Assembly (NCBI GenBank): GCA_905207015.1
Contig: CAJLJQ010000001.1
Coordinates: 1 to 62,383 of the forward strand
Origin: an uncultured Collinsella sp.
GTDB taxonomy: Bacteria > Actinomycetota > Coriobacteriia > Coriobacteriales > Coriobacteriaceae
Reading direction: 5' to 3'
DNA length: 62,383 nt
A program made the translations under genes and the position numbers. The notes below the pieces were generated by a model that did no database searches, was not told where the DNA came from, and worked only from the letters and a program-made list of their open reading frames with translations. The stretch's first letter is position 1; each line of letters begins with the position of its first letter. Below are positions 48,960 through 59,149 of this stretch, piece after piece.

Positions 48960-49703
48960 CTACTCCTTCCCTCGGGCGGCGGCCAACGCCTGGGCCAGCG
49001 TAAAGTTGCCCTCGTAGAGCGCACGACCGGTAATGGCACCCTCGATGGCATCCTCGCCCACCGCGGCCAGTGCGCGGATATCGTCGAGCGTCGAGATGCC
49101 GCCCGAAGCCACGACGGGAAAGCCCGCGACCTCGGCCACATGGCGATACGCCGCCACGTCGATGCCCGTCTGCATGCCATCGCGCGCGATGTCGGTATAC
49201 ACCAGATGCTTAAAGCCCAGCTCGGTGAGCTGCGCCACGGCGTCGTCGAGCGCCACACCCGCGCCGTCGCGCCAACCATTCACCTTGACCTGGCCGTCAC
49301 GGGCGGCAATGTCTGCCACCAGTAACTCGCCAAAGCCTTGCGCCGCCACCTCGGCAAATCCCGGCTCGGTCACGAGCACCGTGCCTAGCGCGATGCGACG
49401 CGCGCCGTAGCCGGCCAGCTCGTCGATGCGCGCGAGCGAACGTACGCCGCCGCCCACGTCCGCGGACAGACCGTCGACGCCGCAGATGGCCTTAATCGCT
49501 GCCGAGTTGGCAGCGCACGCGTCCTCGTCCTCGCCAAAGGCAGCGGACAGGTCGACGACGTGCACCCAGCTCGCGCCCTGCTCGGCAAAGGAGCGGGCAA
49601 CGGCCACGGGGTCGTCAGAATACACCTTACAGCGGCTCCGGTCGCCGCGCTCCAGGCGCACGACCTTGCCGCCGATCAAATCGATTGCGGGAAACAGAAT
49701 CAT
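48960..49703 (-). CDS. hisA: ProFAR isomerase
   Basis: PAIDL.GG.VVRL, HVVDL, GGGVR, TDI.RDG, ASGG, GRALYEG. Confidence 0.95.
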   Translation of the reverse strand: MILFPAIDLIGGKVVRLERGDRSRCKVYSDDPVAVARSFAEQGASWVHVVDLSAAFGEDEDACAANSAAIKAICGVDGLSADVGGGVRSLARIDELAGYGARRIALGTVLVTEPGFAEVAAQGFGELLVADIAARDGQVKVNGWRDGAGVALDDAVAQLTELGFKHLVYTDIARDGMQTGIDVAAYRHVAEVAGFPVVASGGISTLDDIRALAAVGEDAIEGAITGRALYEGNFTLAQALAAARGKE

Positions 49704-50401
49704 CGGCCGGCCCCCTCGACGATGCTCACGAAGTTCTTAAGGATGCGCTGACCCAGCGCAGAGGATTTCTCGGGATGGAACTGGCAGCCCCACACGTTGC
49801 CATGGCGCACGATGCACGGGAAGCTCCGTGTATAGTGCGTGCGCGCCAACACATCGGCGGCATCGACGTCGTCGGCCACCGCGTAGCTGTGAGTGAAATA
49901 CATGTTGGCGCCCTCGGCAAAACCGGCAAGCAACGGATCGGCCGCACCGGCGGGCGTCATGCGCACCTGGTCCCAGCCCACGTGCGGGACCTTCAGACGG
50001 CTCGACTCCAGGTGCGTGCACGAGCCACGCATGATGCCCAGGCCATCGACCCAGGGACCACCGGCCTGCTCGGAGGCATCGTCGTCCGCGTCCGCGTCCT
50101 CGTTCGCAGGCACGCCCTCGTTGCCGCGCTCAAAAAACAGCTGAAGGCCCAGGCAGATGCCGAGCAGCGGAGTTCCGGCGGCAACGGCATCGAGCACGGC
50201 CACCTCCTCGCCGCTCTGACGCATAAAGGCGATCGCGTCATAGAACGCACCCACGCCCGGGATGACCAGGCCGTCGGCGTTGCGGATCTGCTCCGGATCG
50301 TCCGACGTGCAGGCGGCGGCACCGGCGCGCGCAAGCCCGCGCACGACGCTCGACAAGTTGCCCTTGTGGTAGTCGACCACCACGATCTTCGGTTCGCCCA
50401 C
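49700..50401 (-). CDS. hisH: Imidazole glycerol phosphate synthase glutaminase subunit
   Basis: DY..GNL.SV, PGVGAF, GICLG.Q, VPHVGW, QFHPEKS; GTG start after GGAGGGG. Confidence 0.95.
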   Translation of the reverse strand: MGEPKIVVVDYHKGNLSSVVRGLARAGAAACTSDDPEQIRNADGLVIPGVGAFYDAIAFMRQSGEEVAVLDAVAAGTPLLGICLGLQLFFERGNEGVPANEDADADDDASEQAGGPWVDGLGIMRGSCTHLESSRLKVPHVGWDQVRMTPAGAADPLLAGFAEGANMYFTHSYAVADDVDAADVLARTHYTRSFPCIVRHGNVWGCQFHPEKSSALGQRILKNFVSIVEGAGR

Positions 50402-50480
50402 GCGACCCCTCCACTTCTCATCATCCAAAACCACCACAAAGAGGACAGGCATCTTCGTGGTGGTTTTACCCTTGTGACGG

Positions 50481-51068
50481 TTACAGCGAGCCCTTGGTGC
50501 TGGGGATACCCTGCACGCGGGGATCGAGTTCGCAGGCGCGGCGCATCGTGCGGCCCACGGCCTTAAAGGCGGCCTCGATAATGTGGTGCGAATTGCCGCC
50601 CGCCAGCTCGCGCACGCGCAGCGTGAGCTTGGCATCGCGCGCAAAGGCATAGAAGAACTCGACGGCCAGCTCGGTATCAAAGCTGCCCACGCGCTCAGTC
50701 GGCACGGGCAGCTCGCAATAGGCCTGCCCGCGACCCGAGATATCCACGGCGGCCATCACGAGTGTCTCGTCCATGGCGATCGCCGCGTCGGCAAAGCGCG
50801 TAATACCCGCCTTGTCGCCCAGCGCCTGGCAAAACGCCTCGCCCAGCACAATGCCCGTGTCCTCAACGGTGTGGTGCGCGTCGACCTCGACGTCGCCCAC
50901 CGCATGCACCGTCAGATCGAACAGGCCATGGCGGCCAAAAGCGTTGAGCATGTGGTCGAAAAACGGCACGCCGGTCGAGATATCGCACACGCCAGATCCG
51001 TCCAGGTCGAGCTTTACGACAATGTCGGTCTCGCCCGTCTTGCGGGTTACCTCGGCATAGCGGTCCAT
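50481..51068 (-). CDS. hisB: Imidazoleglycerol-phosphate dehydratase
   Basis: R.T.ET.I, FFDHML, D.HHTVED, MDE, N.HH..EA.FK, PSTKG. Confidence 0.96.
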   Translation of the reverse strand: MDRYAEVTRKTGETDIVVKLDLDGSGVCDISTGVPFFDHMLNAFGRHGLFDLTVHAVGDVEVDAHHTVEDTGIVLGEAFCQALGDKAGITRFADAAIAMDETLVMAAVDISGRGQAYCELPVPTERVGSFDTELAVEFFYAFARDAKLTLRVRELAGGNSHHIIEAAFKAVGRTMRRACELDPRVQGIPSTKGSL

Positions 51069-52184
51069 CTACATCTCCTCCTTCACCAGCGCGGCAAACG
51101 CGGCCAGCACCTCGTCGTTTTCCTGCGGCGTACCCACAGTGATGCGCAGACAGTCCGCAAGCCCCGGCGCGTAGCTAAAGTCGCGCACCAAAATCGAATA
51201 CTCGTCGCGCAGACGCTCGCGCACGCGCGTGGCATGCGGCGTGCGCACGAGCACAAAGTTCGCCGCGCTCGGCCATGCCTCCACGGGCATGCCCTCGGCA
51301 GCCATTGCGCGCAGGGCGCACAGCTCGCGCTCGCGCTCGGATGCGATCTGTGCCACCACGGGCGTGTAGGCATCACGGGCACGCACGCAGGCAAGTGCTG
51401 CCGCCTGGCTCAGCACGTTAACTGAATAGATCTGGCGAATCGCCGCGAACACGTCGATGACTTCCGGCGCCGCGATCACGTAACCCAGACGCGTACCGGC
51501 AGCGCCAAACGCCTTGGACAACGTATGCAGAATCACCAGGTTGGGATGCTCGGCGATAAGCCCCTGCGCCGTGGTGACCGCGCCAAACGAATCGTCGGCA
51601 AACTCCACGTAGGCCTCGTCAACCATTACCATGCCGGGGCACGCATCGCACAGCGCCGCGACAAAGTCGAGCGGTGCCACGTCACCCGTGGGGTTGTTGG
51701 GCGAGGTCACGATTGCCAGGTTGCACTCGGACGCCGCCGCAAGCACGGCTGCCTGGTCGAGCTCAAAGGTCGCGGGGTCGCGCCACACGTCGCGCACCTC
51801 GGTCTGGCAGAGCGACGCAAAGAACGCATACTCGCTAAAGCACGGCGGGCAGTTGAGCAGGGTCCGTCCCGCGCCGCCAAACGCCAACAGGTAGTTATAG
51901 AGCAGCTCGTCGCCGCCGTTGCCCACGCAGACATTCTCGCGCGCCACACCATGCCAAGCGGCAAGCTCGTCGCGCAGATCGTTGGACATGGGATCGGGAT
52001 AGCGGTTGAGCGGCGTGGCAGCCAGGGCGGCGTCGACCGCCTCGCGCACGCCAGCCGGCACGGGATAGGTGTTCTCGTTGGCCGAAAGGTTGATGCGCGT
52101 GGGCGTAAAGTTGGGATCGTAGGGCTCAATACCGGCCAGGTAAGGCTGGACGAGCTCCTTCATGCGAGGCGTGAGTTCGGCCAT
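51069..52184 (-). CDS. hisC: Histidinol-phosphate aminotransferase
   Basis: LSANEN, NRYPD, GNG.DE, SPNNPTG, DEAY.EF, TLSKAFG.AG.R, RITVG. Confidence 0.95.
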   Translation of the reverse strand: MAELTPRMKELVQPYLAGIEPYDPNFTPTRINLSANENTYPVPAGVREAVDAALAATPLNRYPDPMSNDLRDELAAWHGVARENVCVGNGGDELLYNYLLAFGGAGRTLLNCPPCFSEYAFFASLCQTEVRDVWRDPATFELDQAAVLAAASECNLAIVTSPNNPTGDVAPLDFVAALCDACPGMVMVDEAYVEFADDSFGAVTTAQGLIAEHPNLVILHTLSKAFGAAGTRLGYVIAAPEVIDVFAAIRQIYSVNVLSQAAALACVRARDAYTPVVAQIASERERELCALRAMAAEGMPVEAWPSAANFVLVRTPHATRVRERLRDEYSILVRDFSYAPGLADCLRITVGTPQENDEVLAAFAALVKEEM

Positions 52185-52185
52185 A

Positions 52186-53622
52186 TTAGGCCTCCCCGCC
52201 GGTTACGCCAGCGCCATCTGCGCCTGCAGCCGCCAGGTCCACGCCCTCGGCAACCGTCGCCACGGCGTCGCCCGGCCAGGCGACCTTGGTCAGGTCGGCC
52301 GCGGCGAGCGACTCGGCGCTCACGGCATCCTCGCCCTGCTCCAACACGCGGCGACGCAGTGCGGCCGAAAGCGCGTGCGCCCACAGGCCCTCGGCCTCGG
52401 CCAGACGCTGCGTAGCGGGAGCGTCGGAGAGCAGGCCCTCGGGCGTATAGCATATAACGCTCGAGCGCTTAACGAACTCTTCGACCGAAAGCGGGTTGGA
52501 GAACATGGCCGTGCCGCCGGTCGGCAACGTGTGGTTGGGACCGGCAACGTAATCGCCGAGCGGCTCGGAGCTCCAAGCGCCCACAAAGATGGCGCCGGCG
52601 TTGCGAATGCCGCCGAGCAGGCCCATCGCATCCTTGCAGTGCAGCTCAAGGTGCTCGGGCGCCACGGTGTTCACGGCCTCGACGGCGGCCGCCATGTCGG
52701 CGGCCACCACGATGGCGCCTTCGTTATCGAGCGAAGCGCACGTAATCTCGGCACGCGGGGACTGCGCTACCAGAATGTCGATACCCGCCTCGACCTCACG
52801 CGCAAACTGCTCGTCGCAGGTCACCAGATAGCAGGCCGCCAGCGGATCGTGCTCGGCCTGAGCCATCAGGTCGGCCGCGACCACCATAGGCTTGGCCGTG
52901 GCATCGGCCAGCACGCAGACCTCGGACGGGCCAGCGACCATGTCGATGCCCACATCGCCGGAGACGATCTGCTTGGCAGCGGCAACAAAGGCGTTGCCCG
53001 GACCGGTGATTTTGTCGACGCGCGGAATGGTCTCGGTGCCGTACGCCAGCGCGGCCACGGCCTGGGCGCCGCCCACCATATAGATTTCGTCCACTCCGCC
53101 GAGCTTTGCCGCGGCGAGCGTGTAGGGGCTGATAAGGCCGTCCTTTTGCGGCGGGGTCACCATAACCACGCGCTTGACGCCGGCGACCTTGGCGGGAATG
53201 GCATTCATGAGCACGGTGGAGGGATACTGCGCGCGACCGCCCGGCACGTAGATGCCGGCCGCCGCGAGCGGGGTCACCTTAACGCCGAGCATCGTGCCGT
53301 CCGCACGCGTGGTAAACCAGCTCTGCTCGACCTCGCGCTGGTGGAACTCGCGAATCTGACGCGCGGCCTTCTCGAGCGCGGCGACAAAGGCCGGGTCGAG
53401 GCCCTCAAGCGCGGCATCGATCTGCTCTTGCGGCAGGCGGAAGCTCTGCAGCTCAACACCGTCAAAACGCTGACAGTAATCGCACACCGCGGCATCGCCG
53501 TTAGCACGCACGTTGGCCACGATATCGCGGGCGGCGTCGACGATGTTTTGCGGCAGCACACCCTTGCGGTTGAGCTGGTTGGTAACAAGGCGCTCACCGG
53601 GAGCAAGCTTGATGGTCTTCAT
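52186..53622 (-). CDS. hisD: Histidinol dehydrogenase
   Basis: YVPGG, GGAQAVAALAYG, GPGNAFV, AGPSE, QAEHD, APEHLEL, GDY.AGPNH.LPT. Confidence 0.97.
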   Translation of the reverse strand: MKTIKLAPGERLVTNQLNRKGVLPQNIVDAARDIVANVRANGDAAVCDYCQRFDGVELQSFRLPQEQIDAALEGLDPAFVAALEKAARQIREFHQREVEQSWFTTRADGTMLGVKVTPLAAAGIYVPGGRAQYPSTVLMNAIPAKVAGVKRVVMVTPPQKDGLISPYTLAAAKLGGVDEIYMVGGAQAVAALAYGTETIPRVDKITGPGNAFVAAAKQIVSGDVGIDMVAGPSEVCVLADATAKPMVVAADLMAQAEHDPLAACYLVTCDEQFAREVEAGIDILVAQSPRAEITCASLDNEGAIVVAADMAAAVEAVNTVAPEHLELHCKDAMGLLGGIRNAGAIFVGAWSSEPLGDYVAGPNHTLPTGGTAMFSNPLSVEEFVKRSSVICYTPEGLLSDAPATQRLAEAEGLWAHALSAALRRRVLEQGEDAVSAESLAAADLTKVAWPGDAVATVAEGVDLAAAGADGAGVTGGEA

Positions 53623-53727
53623 ATCGGTATCCCCTATCGGTCGAGGTTGTGTTCGAAAAACGAGAGGCCGGGCGGCGGCGCCAATCGGCCCGCAGCCCGT
53701 ACGTTGGGGCGCCCGTGCACGCTCGCG

Positions 53728-55443
53728 CTATTGTGCCGAGCCCGCGACGGGCTCAAAATGCTTGTCCTTCACGGCAGCAGCCAGGCGATCGGCCAGGTTG
53801 CGCACACGCGGATCCAGGCGCGCAGCACCCGGATTGACAAAGAAGCGGGCCGTGCAGTCCATGATGCGGCCAGTAATAACGAGGTCGTTATCGCGCAGCG
53901 TGGCGCCCGTGGCGGTAATATCCACGATGCGATCGGTCATGCCGACAATGGGGCCCAGCTCGATGTTGCCGTGCAGCGAGACGATGTCGGCGTTCACGCC
54001 GCGCTCGGCATACCAGGCGCTCGCGATGCGCGGATACTTGGTGGCCACGCGAAGCGACCCGCGACGGGCATAGTTGCGCTCGGCCTGGCCAGCGCGCCAC
54101 GCGGGCTCCGCCTCGATAAAGGTGCACAGGCCGTAGCCCAGATCGACCAGCTGCAGCAGGTTGAGGTCGGCCTCGATGAGCGAGTCCCAACCGCAGATGC
54201 CGCAATCGGCACCGCCGCAGCCCACAAAGGCGGGCGCATCGCTGGGGCGCACGATGACAAACTCGATATCGCCGACCGCGCCCTCGCCGGCACGCGTGTC
54301 GCGGCCGCGCACGATCAGGTGACGGCCGGGATCACGCAGCTCAGAGACGTCCAGACCCGCGGCCTCGAGCACGTCGAGCGTGTCGGCCTTAAGCGAGCCC
54401 TTGGGCACGGCGATGCGCAGCGGGCCCTCGGCGCCACGGCCCGCGGCATGGTCGCCATCGGAAGCGGCATCCTCGGCCGAGGTGCGCGCGGCCTCCAAGC
54501 GCTCGAGCGAAAAGGCGAAGCCCGCCGCCGGCACCTCGATACCGTCGCCAAATGCGCCGGTAAAGATGGAGTCATAGCGTCCGCCCGAACCGACCGGATC
54601 GGGCAAGCCGCCGGCATAGGCCTTAAAGACCAAGCCCGTGTAGTAATCGAAAGAGTTCATGATAGAGAAGTCGAACGACTGCACCTGGGCGTCCTCGGGT
54701 GCCAGGCCCTCGACCAGGGCACGCAGCTCGCGCGTCAGCGGCGCGACGATACCGGCGGCCTCCAGCAGCGCGTCCACGCGGTCGAGTACCTCGGCACCGC
54801 CGTGCAGACGCGGCAGCTCGCTAATGGCGGCCTTGACGGCATCGGACTCGACGCTTGCCGCCACGCGGGCATCGAGGCCCACAAAGTCGTTGGCGTGCAC
54901 GCAGCGCAAGGCCTCGGCGGCCAGCTCGCGATCCTCGCACGCCGCGAGCAGCTCCTTAAACGGCCGCACGCTACCTGCGATAATGCGCGCATCGGGCAGC
55001 GCCAGCTCGCGCACGGCCTCGGCCACGAGCGAGACAATCTCGACATCGCCCGCGGTATCGCCCGCACCGATAAGCTCAAAGCCCAGCTGCGTAAACTGAC
55101 GCGAGCCACCGGCATTGCGCTGGCACTCGCGAACCACCGGCGCCTCATAGCGCAGGCGCAGGGGCAGGTCGGCAGCGTGCATGCGGGTCGAAACCAGGCG
55201 CACGATCGGCAACGTGTTGTCGGGACGGACCACCAGTAGGCGGCCATCATCGTCAAAGAGCTTAAACGGCGTATCCGCGATGCGGCCGCCTTCCTCGAGC
55301 GAACCCTTGTCCTCGAGCAGAGGCGTCTCGACCGGAAGGTAATGATGCTCCCTGAAGCAGCCCTTCACCGTACATGCGATCTCCTCGCGCGCCTGAGCCT
55401 CCTCGGGCAATATGTCCCGGAATCCCCACGGTGTGGCCGTCAT
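53728..55443 (-). CDS. hisZ-hisG: Fused ATP phosphoribosyltransferase regulatory subunit (HisZ) and short-form catalytic subunit (HisG)
   Basis: N-terminal HisRS-like (P.GFRD, RPD.T, F.Q.G.E, YYTGLVF, GGRYD); C-terminal IAVPKG, VATKYP, L.G.IE..P..G..D.IVDI..TG.TL; one continuous ORF. Confidence 0.93.
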   Translation of the reverse strand: MTATPWGFRDILPEEAQAREEIACTVKGCFREHHYLPVETPLLEDKGSLEEGGRIADTPFKLFDDDGRLLVVRPDNTLPIVRLVSTRMHAADLPLRLRYEAPVVRECQRNAGGSRQFTQLGFELIGAGDTAGDVEIVSLVAEAVRELALPDARIIAGSVRPFKELLAACEDRELAAEALRCVHANDFVGLDARVAASVESDAVKAAISELPRLHGGAEVLDRVDALLEAAGIVAPLTRELRALVEGLAPEDAQVQSFDFSIMNSFDYYTGLVFKAYAGGLPDPVGSGGRYDSIFTGAFGDGIEVPAAGFAFSLERLEAARTSAEDAASDGDHAAGRGAEGPLRIAVPKGSLKADTLDVLEAAGLDVSELRDPGRHLIVRGRDTRAGEGAVGDIEFVIVRPSDAPAFVGCGGADCGICGWDSLIEADLNLLQLVDLGYGLCTFIEAEPAWRAGQAERNYARRGSLRVATKYPRIASAWYAERGVNADIVSLHGNIELGPIVGMTDRIVDITATGATLRDNDLVITGRIMDCTARFFVNPGAARLDPRVRNLADRLAAAVKDKHFEPVAGSAQ

Positions 55444-55512
55444 CTGGTGAGCCTCCTCATGCTGTGTTTCATATAGAACGAAAAACCGGCATAGCTCCGC
55501 CGGTCTTCTGGG

Positions 55513-55532
55513 TACTTTAGCATACTAGAGTG
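55513..55532. promoter_or_regulatory. HisR (YerC/TrpR-like) operator candidate
   Basis: TACTTTAG-CATA-CTAGAGTG imperfect palindrome ~70 bp upstream of the first his gene; overlaps a minus-strand TATGCT -10-like hexamer. Confidence 0.7.
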
Positions 55533-55613
55533 CTTGCGGGGAAAATGCGTCGCAGCCGCTCACACCGTATTCATTTGGAAACATAGGAGCGGATTGCCGC
55601 AACCCAACCCCAC

Positions 55614-56459
55614 TTAGGCGCCAATCGCACGACGATACTCTGCCATTACCTGCGCATCGGCAGCCGCGGGGTCGGCAAAATAGCGCCCGTCATAGGTCTC
55701 GGCCGAAACAACTCCGCGATAGCCGCGCGCCACCAGCCTATCCAGGTCGGCGCGCATATCGCGGTCGCCGTCACCCCAGGCAAGATGCGTCGTGCCATCT
55801 GCCGCAACATCGACAAAATGCACGTGGGCGACATCATCGCCAAGCAGATCGAAATAATCGTCGATGGTATCCCCCGCCACCGCCATGGCGCCCATATCCA
55901 GACACGCCTTAAGTGCCGGATGATCAACTGCCTCAATCATGCGCTTCGTGTCGGCCGCCGAGTTCACGATTATCGACTCAACCGGTTGTAGAGCCTCGAG
56001 CACCAGTCGCACGCCGCGCGCTCCCGCATGCTCGGCAATCGCGCGCAGCATCGAGGCGCTGCGACCCCACGCATCCTCGATCGGCTCGTTCAAAAATGCC
56101 CAGCCACTCGAGACCATGACCTGCTCGGCTCCAAGTTCCGCCGCGATATCCACAACGTTCTTAAAGTACGCGAGCGTGCGGGCACGCGCCTCATTCCCGC
56201 GCGCCGCGATATTCCACGGCTTGGGGTTGTTCTGTTCGGGACAAAGCCCCACAATCCGAACCCCATACCGCTGTGACAGCTCCCGCACCTGCTCGAGCGA
56301 ATCGTATCCATGGCAATCGACATACAGATGCATCGCCCCGGTCCAAAGTTCGCAACACGTGTAGCCCGAGGCCGCAGCCGAGGAAAAGAATTCCTCAAGG
56401 TCAAAATAACGATGGCTGATATTCATGACGGCAAGCTGCGGATACTCCATCTTGTCCAC
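55614..56459 (-). CDS. Sugar-phosphate isomerase/epimerase, TIM barrel (FrlC-like)
   Basis: ELW.G..H, LE.L.P.ES, LD.G, HVHF.D, HL..GDG, E; AP endonuclease 2 fold pattern. Confidence 0.8.
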   Translation of the reverse strand: MDKMEYPQLAVMNISHRYFDLEEFFSSAAASGYTCCELWTGAMHLYVDCHGYDSLEQVRELSQRYGVRIVGLCPEQNNPKPWNIAARGNEARARTLAYFKNVVDIAAELGAEQVMVSSGWAFLNEPIEDAWGRSASMLRAIAEHAGARGVRLVLEALQPVESIIVNSAADTKRMIEAVDHPALKACLDMGAMAVAGDTIDDYFDLLGDDVAHVHFVDVAADGTTHLAWGDGDRDMRADLDRLVARGYRGVVSAETYDGRYFADPAAADAQVMAEYRRAIGA

Positions 56460-56533
56460 CTTTCGGCAAAAGGGCGCCGCAGCACAGTGTGCGCGACGCC
56501 CCCTCTTACATTGTTTTCATTATGACGGATACC

Positions 56534-57370
56534 CTACTGGACACCAAGCACTCCAAAGAACGCGCCAGCGATACTCACGAGCAGGATCACAAGCATGATG
56601 AGCAGCGGATTCATCTTCTTCTTGAGCATGAGATAGACAATTCCAAACAGCCCCATCGTGACAAAGCCCGGGAAGATTCCGTTGAGCAGCTCGGCGAGCG
56701 TCTGAGCACCATCGCCCGCACCGACCATGAGCGGAATGTCCACGGTGACCATCTCCATGGTCATAGCACCGATCACCATGGCGCCCATGATAGAGGCCAT
56801 CTTGACGATCGTGTCCATAATGCCCGATTCCTGGACCTTGCTGATCATGTCCGAGCCAAAGCGATATCCCACAAACGTCAGCAGGTAACGGATGATGTAG
56901 TGAGGAACGTTGAACACGAGCAGGAACAAAATCGGGCCAAGAATAGAGCCCTGCAGCGCCAGCGACGTGCCGACACCCGTTGCCAAAATTCGCAGCGTGC
57001 CCCAGTAGAAAGCATCGCCCACGCCGGACAGCGGCCCCATCAAAGCAAGCTTGACATTAGAGATCGCGCTCGTGTCAAAGCTATCGTCAGTAGCGTTGAC
57101 CTCCTCCATTGCAGCGGCGATGGACATGGGAAGCGTCGAGATGTACGGCGTGACGTTATAGAGCTCCATATGGCGCTTAAGGGCGGCCTTAAAGTCCGCA
57201 TCCTGCGGATACAGCTTGCGAAGGATCGGCATAAGGGCCCACATAAAGCCGATATGGCCCATACGCTCGTAGTTCCAGGAATGCTCATAGGGAATCGAGC
57301 GCCAGAACAGCTTCTTAAGGTCTGCGCGGGAAATCAGCCCGTCGTAAGAAGACTCAAACTTAAAACTCAT
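56534..57370 (-). CDS. PTS mannose/fructose/sorbose family EIID
   Basis: SWNYERM, ALKRH, K..LMGPL.GVGD, GP.LF. Confidence 0.93.
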   Translation of the reverse strand: MSFKFESSYDGLISRADLKKLFWRSIPYEHSWNYERMGHIGFMWALMPILRKLYPQDADFKAALKRHMELYNVTPYISTLPMSIAAAMEEVNATDDSFDTSAISNVKLALMGPLSGVGDAFYWGTLRILATGVGTSLALQGSILGPILFLLVFNVPHYIIRYLLTFVGYRFGSDMISKVQESGIMDTIVKMASIMGAMVIGAMTMEMVTVDIPLMVGAGDGAQTLAELLNGIFPGFVTMGLFGIVYLMLKKKMNPLLIMLVILLVSIAGAFFGVLGVQ

Positions 57371-58151
57371 CGAACCCACTCCCAATCGCAGGATCCTCGG
57401 TTGCCGCTGCGGGCTGCTCCGCTTTTTTCTTATCACCCAAAACCGTCATCGCGACGACGATGATCGCGGCAAAGATCGCCACGCCCGTCGTGCTAATGCC
57501 AAAGTAGGCGACGAGGAAGAAGCCAGCGAAGAAGAACGGAGCCACTGTTTTGTTCATAATCATCTGCGCCAGCATCGCAAAGCCGAGTGCGGGCAAGAAG
57601 GCGGCGGCGACATCCATGCCGGTCTGAACGAAATCGGGGATGATGTTGAGCAGGCTGGCAACAGCATCGGCACCAAAGAAGAATGCCAGGGGAATAATCA
57701 GCAGGCCGCACCAGCTCTGCGCGTAACCGGCGATGAGCATGTTGCGCGTGATGGCCTTGGTGTCTCCGTCCTCGACGTTTTTGTCGATACGGTGCACCAG
57801 CAGCAGCATGACCGGTTGGCCCAGGGCCGTGTCGAGCGCCAGGACGATCGTGGCGATAGGAATACCCAGGGTCAGGGCCGCCGAAGCGTCCGCGCCGGCC
57901 TGCATGGCAAGAGATACGCCCAGGATAGTGCCGGAAATCGTATCGGGCGGGTTATAGGCGCCGACCGAGATGGCGCCGACCATGGCAAGCTCCATCGTGG
58001 CGCCCATGATCGTGCCGGTCACCATGTCGCCCATGACAAGGCCAACCAGAGGTCCGAGCACGATCGGGCGCTGGAGGTAGCTCGTGCCCGTCAGCCACTC
58101 GGAATAACCCAAAAGGGCAATAAGGAAAATCAGGATTGTCTTGATAACCAT
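57360..58151 (-). CDS. PTS mannose/fructose/sorbose family EIIC
   Basis: RPIV.GPLVG..MGD..TG...GA..EL, G...PPD, LPALGFAML. Confidence 0.93.
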   Translation of the reverse strand: MVIKTILIFLIALLGYSEWLTGTSYLQRPIVLGPLVGLVMGDMVTGTIMGATMELAMVGAISVGAYNPPDTISGTILGVSLAMQAGADASAALTLGIPIATIVLALDTALGQPVMLLLVHRIDKNVEDGDTKAITRNMLIAGYAQSWCGLLIIPLAFFFGADAVASLLNIIPDFVQTGMDVAAAFLPALGFAMLAQMIMNKTVAPFFFAGFFLVAYFGISTTGVAIFAAIIVVAMTVLGDKKKAEQPAAATEDPAIGSGFDEF

Positions 58152-58159
58152 GACGGCCC

Positions 58160-58630
58160 CTAACCGATGACCTTCGCGGCGTCAGTCTTCGCATCTGCCG
58201 GAATCATCTGAATGAACAGTTCATAGCCCTCGCCGAGCAGCTCCTTCACGTAGGCCTCGTTCTCGGGCGTGAGGAACACGCTCGTCGAGACCTGGCGGGC
58301 ATTCTCGCTAAAGGCAACGTTGCCGAGGTTGATCTTCTTGACTCCCATCGCCTTGGCGACGGCACCGGCCTGCTGAATCGTCTCGCAAACCACGAAGAGT
58401 TTGTACTTATCGGTCACACCGCTCTGGAGCGCCTTGACAGCATCCTCGGTGTTTTTGACGACGACCTTGCATCCTTCGGGCTTTGCAAGGGACAGGGCCT
58501 GCAGACGAAGCTTGTCATTGAGGACCGTGTCGCTCACTAACAGGATGCAGTCGGCACCCAGAGCCGAGGTCCAGCTAACGGCAACCTGGCCGTGAAGCAG
58601 TCGATAATCTACACGAATCATCTGAATCAT
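58160..58630 (-). CDS. PTS mannose/fructose/sorbose family EIIB
   Basis: RVD.RL.HGQV...W, IN.GN, Q..P. Confidence 0.93.
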   Translation of the reverse strand: MIQMIRVDYRLLHGQVAVSWTSALGADCILLVSDTVLNDKLRLQALSLAKPEGCKVVVKNTEDAVKALQSGVTDKYKLFVVCETIQQAGAVAKAMGVKKINLGNVAFSENARQVSTSVFLTPENEAYVKELLGEGYELFIQMIPADAKTDAAKVIG

Positions 58631-58646
58631 GATGTGCTCCTAACGA

Positions 58647-59063
58647 TTAAAACTCATCGAGTTCGGCCTGCCCCAGCAGGTCGTTGACGTACTTGACCTT
58701 AGTGTCGTCCGCCTCGACGATCTGGCGAATGGCCTCGTCGATCGGAGTGGAATCGGGTACGAACAGCAGCTGAATAAGGAGTGGCAAGTTCATATTGGTC
58801 ACGAGGTGCGTGTTGGGACGCGTCTGGACGATCTTGGTGAACTCGTTGTTGACGCTGCCGCCAAAGAGGTCAGTGCACACGACAACTTCGTCGTCCGCGG
58901 CAAAGCCGTCCAGAATCGCTGCAGCCTCCTTGGACAGGTCCTCGTTTCCGTCGACATACATAGAGAGCGCATGGACGTTTTCGCGCTCACCGGAAAGCAG
59001 GCCGATGCTCTCGACGATTCCAGACGCGAAATGAGCATGGGACGCCACGATAAACTGCCTCAT
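58647..59063 (-). CDS. PTS mannose/fructose/sorbose family EIIA
   Basis: I.ASH..FA.G, TDL.GGSVNN, NLP. Confidence 0.92.
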   Translation of the reverse strand: MRQFIVASHAHFASGIVESIGLLSGERENVHALSMYVDGNEDLSKEAAAILDGFAADDEVVVCTDLFGGSVNNEFTKIVQTRPNTHLVTNMNLPLLIQLLFVPDSTPIDEAIRQIVEADDTKVKYVNDLLGQAELDEF

Positions 59064-59092
59064 TCGATCCCCTTCCTAGCGAATTTCGGCAT

Positions 59093-59127
59093 AAAAATGC
59101 CCGGACGCATGCGCCCGGGCAGGGTGC
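59093..59127 (-). terminator. Terminator-like hairpin between the SIS gene and the PTS genes
   Basis: TGCCCGG.CGC...GCG.CCGGGCA with AAAAA on the + strand (U-tract on the - strand). Confidence 0.6.
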
Positions 59128-59149
59128 TTCTTAAATGAGTGGTCAACTA

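Noticed and set aside
55444..55610. His leader peptide attenuator or T-box
   Set aside because: No His-codon run, T-box sequence or terminator was found; an operator-like dyad explains the region better.
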